Of a stretch of DNA of 64,000 nucleotides, positions 28,669 through 39,400 are shown piece by piece. Every line of letters begins with the position of its first letter. Within the stretch, counting starts at the first letter, position 1. The stretch is taken from assembly GCA_051313645.2 (NCBI GenBank), contig JBNRSN020000003.1:234794001-234858000 (forward strand), given 5' to 3'. Position numbers and translations under genes: made by a program. Under the pieces are notes generated by a model. That model made no database searches and was not told the origin of the DNA. It saw only the letters and a program-made list of their open reading frames with translations. Source of the DNA: Centroscyllium fabricii (Eukaryota).

Positions 28669-28740
28669 CACACACACACACACACACACACTCATTCTCT
28701 CTCTCTCTCCCTCATTCTCACATATACACACTCACACACT
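28669..28740. repeat. (CA)n/(CT)n microsatellite in NR2F1 intron 2
   Basis: cacacacacacacacacacacac followed by tctctctctctct. Confidence 0.9.
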
Positions 28741-29543
28741 CCTATGCATGCTGCAGGCGGACAAGCTATCTGATAACATCTCTGCTTTTTTTGTTGTTGC
28801 AAATATTACGGCTAATGCAGTCTCCGGTGACAAAAAAATATCTAGCATAGGCTTTGAATTATAGGCAACAAAGACAGTCTTCAATATTAAGTACGAATGT
28901 ACGCCATTTCCCGCAGAGAACCGAGCCAGAGACAGCAGTGTCTGGGAACACTGTGTGATAGATACTGGTCCGTGTTATTGTTCCTATTCCTTTGCAGCAT
29001 GCATTGCACATACTTCCGATGCATTCCACGGCAACACAGCCTTTTCCTCAACTCTGTCTAATATACGGTGTAATCGTGTACCCAATTAAGGCAAAAAAGC
29101 AGTCGTGATAAACAAGATGTGCAGCCCATACATACACCATTCACAAAAAGCAGGGCTGTTATAATATGCTGCGAAATCTCTCCTTTGTACTAACAGTTTG
29201 GTAATATAACTATGTAAACATAGTGGTTATATTGTCTGCAACATTTTCCAATGAATGTAGAAATACATTCTAAAGAAGACAATGTTAATCTAGTTACTGG
29301 AGGGCTGGGGCTTTGCTCGAATGTTCTGCAAAATAACATTTACTGAATTTAAAAAAATCCAACATTGTACGTGCATGCACATTTTCTGCACACTGTCGAG
29401 TTTGAACATTTTGTGGAACAGAAAGGGCCAGATTGTTGCGCTTTCTTGCAGGAAACGCGTTTGGACGATTTGTGAACGCTTTCATTTATTTGCTTGGAAG
29501 CCATATTTTAGCGTATGAATTAATAAAGTAAAATAGAAAGTTT

Positions 29544-29555
29544 AGGTCATGACCC
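29544..29555. promoter_or_regulatory. Nuclear-receptor IR0 palindrome (TREpal-like) in NR2F1 intron 2
   Basis: AGGTCATGACCC; both halves fit RGGTCA. Confidence 0.4.
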
Positions 29556-30217
29556 TACACTTGGAAAGCATCCAGAATAAGAGGTTGAAAATACTATCCG
29601 GAAACCTGAGGTAAAACCACAACAAACCCCCCTGTAAGCTTCAGTAACTTCAAGCGGCCCTCACAAACAGGCCAGCGAGAAAGAAAATGGCAAAAAAACA
29701 CCCTCTCCATCATCCAAACGCTTTTCGCTTTGGAAAACTTGGACAGCTTTGAGAAAGGCTTCCCATGAATTCCCCGCTGGCTAACAAAACAAGTTTGGCC
29801 AAAATTGGAGGGGGGGGGGGGGGGCGAGGGCGGGTATGGATGTGAAATGTTGAAGAGATATATAATTTCTATCTTTCTGTAATAATCACATTACCAATAG
29901 TTTACGTCTCTTTGTGTCTCTCTCTTACTTTGTTCTATTTACCAACAGTTCCCTCGATGAAGGATTCATTTATCAAGATTTGGGGGCTGTTGAAAAGATG
30001 ATTAATTTGTAATATTTACTGATCAATTTCCAATTGATTTACATCAGATTATGTTATTTAATAAAACCCTGCTGTTTAAAATAAATCATTGTTATAACAC
30101 TTGACTAATACCATCCCATACATAAATAAGTATCATCCACCCAAATCATTCATATCTGCTTTTTCCTGCACTGTTACTGCACCGAGTGAGCAACGTTATT
30201 GATTTAGACCCAATTCA

Positions 30218-30871
<654 letters not shown>

Positions 30872-31522
30872 TCAGCAACGCGTTATTTTTATTACTGTTT
30901 TAGATTTTTTTTTAAGTTCACAAACAGTGCAATTTCTCCATGTAAAATTACAATATGCGACGTTATAGAAATTAGGCATATAAAAAGTGTAAATACTAAA
31001 CATAGCTTTACCCGTCAGAGCACTCCACATTATGTCTGTTAAAAAATCTCAAACACAGAACATTGCAGCAAGAATTGCTGGATTGCAAAACTCCCCCAAA
31101 CTGCAACACCCACCCACGGTTACAATTGGAAAATTCTCCAAACATCTAATGCATGAATGCAAACGATTAACTTACAATTACAGGGGGGAAAAGACCGATG
31201 TATTAACCATTTGAATCCACAAAAAATATGCAGCCATGCTTGTAATTGTTAAACTCTCTCAACTTTGAAGCTGCGAGTTCGGCTTTTTTTTTAGCTTAAG
31301 CGAATTTAAAACTAAATATATTTTAAGAGTATGGCAACTAAAGTGTTTCTTTAAAAAAAAACAAGCAATCATATTTTACAATTAACAGCCTAGCCTCGTC
31401 AACTTTAGAATGACTTTCCAGCCAAAGCATTTGGTCAGATTGAATGAACCAAAATCGCGCAGTGAGAGATTTGAAACCGAGGTCTCACATTTACAGTGAT
31501 GCGTAATAAAATAAATATTCAC

Positions 31523-31976
31523 CTTCTCGCCTCATCCCAACTTTGAGGCATTTCTTCAGGCGACAGTACTGACACTGATTGCGGTGGTGCTGGTCTATAG
31601 GACAATTCCGGTTGGCACGACATGTGTACGTTAAGTTTCTCCGAACACTTCTCTTGAAGAAACTTTTGCAGCCCTCGCATGTGAACTGGCCGTAGTGCTT
31701 GCCGCTGGATTTATCCCCACACACCACACACTCGATATGCTGCTGCTGCTGCTGCTGGCTGGGCTGCTGCTTCTCGCCGCCTAGCTGGACGCTCTGACTG
31801 CTGCCGCCGAGCGGGGTAGAGGGCGGCCCGGGCTGGCCTGGGGTCTGCGGGGTGTGGGGAGCACCCGGCGCCGCCTGCTGCTGCTGCTGGCCCGGCTGCG
31901 CTTGTGCAGACTGGCCGCCCTGAACTCCGGCCACGTCGTCCTGAGGATCTCGCCAAGTACTAACTACCATTGCCAT
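31523..31976 (-). CDS. NR2F1: COUP-TFI (NR2F1) coding exon 1: A/B domain plus C4 zinc-finger DNA-binding domain
   Basis: ATG at 31976 gives [17 protein letters not shown]...[72 protein letters not shown]. Phase-1 donor GAAG|GTGAAT at 31523/31522. RNLTY is the NR2F1-type residue pattern (NR2F2 has RNLSY). Confidence 0.96.
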
Positions 31977-32756
31977 ATCTCGGGCCCAAAAAGTGCGGGA
32001 AAACAAGTTGATCGCACGGATTTTTTTTTTGGTCCTGTTGGTAGGGAGCAGAGTTGGATGGTGGTAACAGAAAATGAAAAAAAAGGAAAGAGAGAGAAAG
32101 AAAAGGAATAAAAATGCGATCAAAGCAACGCACACAGACACAGAGAAGAGAGAGAGAGAGAGACACACACACACACACGCAGGGAGCAGTGAATGAATGA
32201 GTGAGTATTGGTCAACAGTAACCGAAACAAATGGGGAATCAAAAAAAAATAGAATCAAAAAAAGAAGATCCCGATCAGGGTACGCAAGTGTCGGGAGGCC
32301 AGATCCAGGGCAACACGCAGTCAGCCATTCAGGAAACCAATGTAGGAGGGAACGAGGGGTTAAAGATTATAGGAGTTGGGGTAAAGAAAAGAGACGATCG
32401 CAATCCGCAGGAACACACACACACAGACAGGAAAAAAAAACACGCGATCCGAAGTAAAGTATGGCGAGTGTTAAATCCCTTCTTCTCCGGAGAGGAACAG
32501 AAAATAGAAGATCTGAATTGTCAGAAAAAAAAACTCACCAGGACAAAAAAAAGGACGGTCGACGTTAAAGCCCCCTATTTTCACCTCTCATGCGGAGTGG
32601 AGAGAGAAAGAGAGGAAAGAAAAAACAACTCATAGAATATGCAAGGGGAGACAAAATGAATGCGTTTAAACGGGAAGACTAGCGGAGCAATTTTTCCGAA
32701 AGGGGGATCTGCGCGAATGTCTGTATATAGTGAACTTTGACACTACTATTGAAACT
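31977..32756 (-). other. NR2F1: Predicted NR2F1 5'UTR (~780 nt, pyrimidine-rich, two uORFs)
   Basis: Runs from the Inr-like TCAGTTT (A at 32756, 31 nt after the TATAA start) to the ATG at 31976. The TSS is inferred from motif spacing only. Confidence 0.65.
32148..32178. repeat. (GA)n(CA)n microsatellite in the NR2F1 5'UTR
   Basis: gagagagagagagagacacacacacacacac. Confidence 0.9.
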
Positions 32757-32910
32757 GACACGTTTCTATGGAGATCGCTGCCTTATATGGAGCTCATGTC
32801 AAGGAGCCAAGAGAGGGGCTGTTGGCAACTGATAATCAAAGGCGACTGGTCATAGCCCTGAATTGGGGCTGGGGAGGCTAAGGTTAGCCAGCCTCCTGCA
32901 CACTATTGGT
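32731..32910 (-). promoter_or_regulatory. NR2F1 core promoter: CCAAT, TCF/LEF, GATA, CArG-overlapping TATA, Inr, downstream DR1
   Basis: Minus strand: CCAAT 32909-32905; CTTTGAT 32841-32835; CCATATAAGG 32790-32781; Inr TCAGTTT 32758-32752; GTGTCA-A-AGTTCA 32743-32731. Plus-strand TGATAA at 32830-32835. Confidence 0.8.
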
Positions 32911-33468
32911 TAGCCGTCTTATTTATTACCTACGATGCTCTGACAAGCAAAATTTACATTAGATCTCCTGCGCTGGTATTTACTTTGAGACCTTATTAGT
33001 ATGGGTCGCCTGTGGTCACCACAAAAAAGCAACACGAGGACCCTGTGCTTGTAATAAAACAATGCAGCGAGCTGCCTCGAAATTCCAGATTATGAAAAAA
33101 AAGTTAGTTGACAATCAAACTTTCTTTTCGTATTTTAATGGACCATTGTTTGAAAATAAATAAATAAAACGGGCAACTCATTCCTTTTGTGTCAGAGAAA
33201 AAACATTTTTTTTTGCTGTTGCAATATTAATTCGGTGAGCGACTGTTTTTTTTATATTTCATTTTTATTCTGTTTTGAATTATGCTTTGATGCCTCGCTA
33301 CAATGCCGGTGAGATTTCAATTGTGATTTGCTGAAGAGGGAAAGTTGCCATTGTGTTGTAGACTGGGGAGCTGTGCTTGTAACTGTAGGATAACTCCAGC
33401 AGAAAGTGCGGGGGCTGTTAACGTGCCATGTATTTGACGTAAATTAAATCTCAGAACAGCTGTATCCG

Positions 33469-33484
33469 GCTGCCATCTAGCGTA
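33469..33484 (-). promoter_or_regulatory. CTCF-like motif upstream of the NR2F1 promoter
   Basis: Reverse complement TACGCTAGATGGCAGC; a second weaker motif CCACCAGATGGGC lies at ~33530 on the plus strand. Confidence 0.45.
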
Positions 33485-36400
33485 CAGTAGACAATTATCA
33501 AATATAATACACACACCCAGCTGGATAACCCACCAGATGGGCTTTTATTGAGGGATTTGTTTAATGCGAACAATTTATTGAATTTTAAAGTAAGTATTTT
33601 AAACTTTTAATCCAAATGTTATTAACCCTAAAATTTCAGAATTAATCATTATATCAGCGGAACAAATGAAAATCCTGATTCAAACAACCCAGATTATTAC
33701 TCGGTGCACAGGTTCTGCATTGCGCGGTTCCACATATATAAACTTGGAGCAACGTTTGAAACTTCAAGATGCAATGTTATCACTTATTTTCTTCAAATTA
33801 GCCATGACAAAACGTATCTCTAATAAAAGCAAATAGATTCTCAGTGGCAAACAGCGATAGGTAAGATAATGTAATGTCTATAGGATTGATAAATGCATTG
33901 TACCCATTCCTACTTTTAATACTAAGCTTGTGCAAATATAAAGCGTAAACCCAGCTTGTTCGACCTTTAGAACTGTCGATATAGCTTAAAACAAGAAATG
34001 CCAGCAGCCTTTTGCATCATTCAACGTACATATACGCACACAAATTTGATCAACTAGTTTAATTTTAATAAAATGAAGTCGATTCTTGCATGTTGCCTTG
34101 ACTAAACACAGTTTACAATCAGATTCCATCCCCAACCGCCCCTATTGTACATGCATTGATGAAGCGCCGTTATTGACTATGCAACAGTGGACCCCGTCTC
34201 TCTCCCCCTCTCTCACTCTCTAAATAAAGTCTCAGTCATGTCTTATGATTAGTGAAAAGGTGAAACGAATAAGATTAGAGGGGACAAAGAGAAGATTCTG
34301 TAAGTGTATCATCAGGCTTTTCCTCCACAGAATGGGGCAGAGTGGACATTGGAAGGGAGGCTGCCTCTCTCCTTGCAACTTGCTTGAAGTGTAAAGAGCT
34401 TAAAGCAGGCACCTGTAACAGAGGGGAGCGAGTATCGTCAAAGCACGCCAGCAGGCAAGTAACAACTTTACTTTCATTCTCTGGATCACAATTTGATTTT
34501 AGCACTGCCGCTCAAAAACAGTCCGTGGCTCGCTGAAACATTGCAAATCATTTAAAGTAGGGTTTAAATACTACGCCTCCAAAAGACTATTTGTGTATTA
34601 TTGTGCCTGTTAATGCAAAGGAAATAATTATTACTGCATATCATACAACATGTACTGCGATAATAAGGCTATTATCGACTGAGTATTTTCCCCACGGTCA
34701 CAGCAGTGTTATTCCAAGCCATTCCAGCGCTTGTGGGCAAAACAAGGAACAACGGTGAATTTATTAATATGTGAGTGTTCTGATTACTACTGTCGCTAAT
34801 CTTAAAGTAACCATAGTATAGACATTAGAAATATGTATTTCTAGCGCACATGCGACAGGAATCCCTCTGCCGCGTTTCAATTTGTGTAATCTTGTAAAAA
34901 ATCAAGAGCGGCGTGAAACCAAAGCATGGTCAACTTGTGAGCTTCAGAAAGTAAGCTTCTCACCTGCTCTATGTGTTGTTTGATCACCTAATGAAAAGAT
35001 CGATCGGCCAATGTTTGGCTAAGTGATAGTGTCAACAGATAAAGGACCAGCAAAATGATCGACTGGCCCCGGAATACAGACACACAATACATAGACTGCT
35101 CCCACCCGCCCGAGCCCTCAGTCACTCTCAGTGCTGTCTCTCTCTCTCCCTCTCTCCCCCTCTCTCTCTGTGCTTCTTCTCCATTTCAATAAACACAGTA
35201 GTGTTTTATCAGAGGTTAGTGCAAAAGTAGTTAGAATACAATGGAAATGCTGCAATGTGAGTTTAAGAGAAATGTTGGATTCATTGTGCAGTTCACGGAG
35301 AGAAGGGAGGGGGTGGTAGGGTGGCGGGGGGATGTGTCTTCAGCGGGAGGTCGGATCGTTTCAGGCCGGGCCAGAGGTAGGGGGAACCGGTGGCACAGTG
35401 ACGTGGAGTCGGTACCTCTCAGGCTTACTTTTCTCGAAGTATTTCGGAATTCCTGGCAGTACCTATAGAGTTCAGCTCTACCTGTCACAGGCAGTTCAGC
35501 TGAATGACTTTGTTTGTGTTGTACTGTTTAGATTCTGAGGTTAAGCGCTGATTTTCAAGGTACACCCAGAGTCAAAAGACTTCATCCACATCCAGCTCCC
35601 ATCCTGAAGAATAAAACATTCTATTATTAAAATTTCAAGTCCTTGGATTTTTTTGCGAATTCCACCCCCCCCCCCCCCCCGCCACCCCAGTTTAAAAAAA
35701 TGTAACGTCTCGTTAGCAGGTTTTAGATGTTACTTGAATAGCCTGGAATTTAGACCAGCAGGATTCTTTAGATATTTCAAAGCACAATCTTGTAAATTTG
35801 AAAGAAACATTAATAGTGATAATAATTATTATAATACAGTCAGGGTGAAGATACTCCAGTGCAAGATTAATGCATTTTATTCCCGGATTTTTCCACCCAA
35901 CCCACCCACCAAGAGCATCTGGTTTGTAGACTTTTGTAAATCTTGGAGAAAAAAAGGCTGGTCTTTTAGTTGGATCTCCTCCCCCCAGTTAGGCCCGCTG
36001 ACCTGTCCCATTACCCAAGGTTTTTTGCTGAGCTCCCGAGGGCAAAAAGAAAGAAAGAGAATTTTAACTTTTCCAGCTGCATCGAGTCAGCCACGGTGCA
36101 AAACTTTTTTTTTTAACGCGACATTTTCTTGCAGTTTCCCTGCTCAAATGCAAACACGAGCCGCGAATGGTTTTGGAAGCTATGAATTATGTGTCTGATC
36201 GCTACTTGCACACGAAATCTAAAGGCAACTAAAATGCACAGCCAATACAAACTATGAAACACACACAAAGGCAACACACAATGTCTTTCTAGTTTACTGC
36301 AGCATTTTATCTGTGCCCCATTCTCCCAGCTCTACAAATATAAAGTTACTCGTGGCCTGGTTTTACTGAGAGCGCCCTTTGCCTCCCGAACGCACAGGGC

Positions 36401-39400
36401 TCTTATTTGGGACAACTAAATGAAACAGTAATACAGTATACGTCCTTGATTCATCATTTAAAATATATATTTTTTAAGTTTCTGCAGCAAAACCTCACTT
36501 GATTTAATCTGCAATAAATACGGTGATTAAGTGAGTAAAATGATCCCATCCAGAGGTTAATTCCATCGGCATAACTGAGAAGGGCTGAATCCTGGAGAAT
36601 TTGGTGTTTGATTTCTGTGCCTTGTTCGGCCCAATTTGTCTAAAGTAAGTTATGCTTTATCCACATCACCAGAAATTAAGTATGGTCGTGACAGATGCGG
36701 ATAGCTTTAGCTGTTTATATAAGCAATGCCGGGTTTCTGGATATTTTTACTCAACTGTAAACAGGCACGGAGAACTTTTAGGTCACATCCTACGTGTGAT
36801 AATAATAGCCAGATGTTTAAAACACATAAAAATATACACCAAGCATTTTTTAAAAAGCTAACTCTCGTTCTTTAAGTCTCTTGAAGCGTCAAAGAGAAGA
36901 GGAGGGGTCCTTTGTCCGAATTCATCCCTGGCTATTCTGGGGGTGAATTTGGTGTGAAAGGGACGAGAAGGTCACTTGACATCGCCTTTTATCTACTGGC
37001 GTTTTCTCTGTGGATCATCGGATCTGAATAGACACATCTAATCGCACTTAATGGAAACTTGGCGAGAAAGCGAAAACCCGCCTTTACCTGCATTTACCGT
37101 TAGAATCAGCGCAGCTAATTGCCTCGCCCTTTGCTTTAATGTAATCTCAAAACAAATCGAAAGCCTTAGGAATTTTTGGAGGCTTTATAATTGGCTTGTA
37201 ATAAACCCACATTTTAACTCAATCCCCTCTCATTGACATGTCTGGGGTGCTCCACTTGAGCAAGTTTTTAATGAATGTGTTAGATTTATATAATAATACC
37301 ACTGCGGATGACAAAACAACTCAGCGTTAAAACTTTTTCAAATACTTTGCTGCTATCAACTCCTTGCATACCTGGTTTCGTTGTTAATATCTGTGACCTG
37401 GTTAAATCAAGAAAACAATTTAACTCAATTAATTTCCTAATCAGTATGGATAAAACATTCCATTCACTCTTTTGGTGCAAGTTTTGTCCTAAAGGGAGTT
37501 TATTTGAATATTTGATTTTCCTTTCACTAACAGTAACAACATGGTTACATATTGCAAGCTAGGTAGCAGAAACATTCAACTACAGCTGAGGCAACGTTTG
37601 CAGACAGCATTACCTGCACTTATCTGGAACCTTAATGCTGCATATAACATACATTCATTACAGTCATAATTAATACAGCAGATTTAAAGACCACATCTAA
37701 CGCTATACTAAGTCTAAACCTTCCATTCTGCTACCATTTAAACCCACTATAGCGTCGCATAAAAGATCAAAAACAATTCAATATATTTTATTAGGAAGGA
37801 TGCACCTTTTCAAATTGGAACACCTCTGAAGCATCTGAATGGGAAATGAAAGTTGGTTGTATATAATGTGTACTCCAGTGGGCTAGCAAGACAAGCAGTT
37901 ACAAGACGAAGAGCAGCAGAAGACGTTCTGAACGGTATGAATAAAGTGCATAATTGACAACGCTGTGCATTAGCAAAATAGCCCCTGGATGCAAGCTAAA
38001 AGCTCAGATCAGATTATACGAAACATTAGATCATAAAGGGATAGTTCAATATTAAAACTTTAAACCCTTACAAAATGGCAATACGGATCATTTGTTTCGG
38101 ATTGTTTAGCATTGCTCACTCAAGATACCTTCAAAACAGTAGTAGTTTGGGAGTTGATTGTTCAGCAGGACTAATCGCAAACAATGATGCTCAGATTACT
38201 TCTACAATTAGACGGTGGTGGGATCTTGTTGGAAGGACTGTCAGCTCCAGCAATGGGTAATTGCTTTATTGCTCACAAAACCGCCATCTATTTAGAACAT
38301 ATGTGCTAATTACGGTGGATGGGCGTATAAACAGATACCATAAATCTATTAGCACCAAAAAAATCATCGACGGTTTAACTAAGGACTCCATAGAGTTACG
38401 TTTATTATTTGTGACCATAGTTGTATGAATAGCCTCATCTCACACCGCGAAGTAAACACATGCCCTGTTGAAGGTGGTCGCTTCGGGGATGGAACTTCGA
38501 AACATACACATCAAACTCTCTCGCCAAACCCCATTCCTTTCCCACTTAGTTTTCCCCAGAGCTCGTCGACAGAACCCAAACTGTTTTGAGTAAAGTGAAT
38601 TCTGATGACAGATAATTTCAATTGTGTAATAAGTAAAAGTTTCCAAACTTTCTCTTTAACACACCAATGGTAATCTTCTTCAATCCATGTTCCGCTCTGG
38701 CGGTCTTTACTTTTGTGAGAGCAATTAAACTTTTCTGCAGTAATTAGTATGGTTCCAATACTGTTTTTGTACCTGGCTGTGTGGGTTGGTATTATAACAA
38801 TTTAATTTCCTTTACTAGCCGTTCTTCTACGGGGTCGGGTTGTAATTTCTACATTAGTCAATGCTAATCCTTTTAATTTCTTTGTTTTGATATGTCCTTA
38901 CGTTCATATTTCTCCACCAACGTTGTACTTTGCACAATTAACTCGGAGACTTAAAGAGAATACTGTTTAGATAAAACAATATTTGAACGGGCTAGCAGTC
39001 CAGTCATCCTGCTGTTGAATTTAATTGTGGTATTAACTGATTAAAGTTCTGATTAAATAGTAAATTAATCCTGAAACCCATTTACGAATTGCGAAAAAAA
39101 GGTACGTGGGCCACAACTACAATCGCTGGAAACCCACGAGCCATCAAGTAGAATTGGGGTTGGCGGGACTGTACAAGGGAAGACAAGGAACTGACAAATA
39201 CGAGTGTGGGGACTGGGCGGAAAGAAAACAATTATACACCAAATGGCAGTGCATTGGAACTTACAGTCTTCCACGGAACTCTGTGTCAGCCGCTTAAATC
39301 TAACTCCTGGAGCTGGCATTGACTTGTTCATTGGGGATGCCCACTAGTTCCGATACAACGAACTGTGTGCATCTCACTGAGAAGGTGAATTAAAACAGAA

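Noticed and set aside
31168-31210. Second intron-1 ATG upstream of a GTAAGT donor (minus strand)
   Set aside because: The ATG frame hits TAA before the donor, so it cannot be a coding first exon.
34958-35040. Strong minus-strand donor CAG|GTGAG as an upstream coding exon of NR2F1
   Set aside because: No in-frame ATG before an upstream TAG in the phase-1 frame; a non-coding exon cannot be supported without RNA data.
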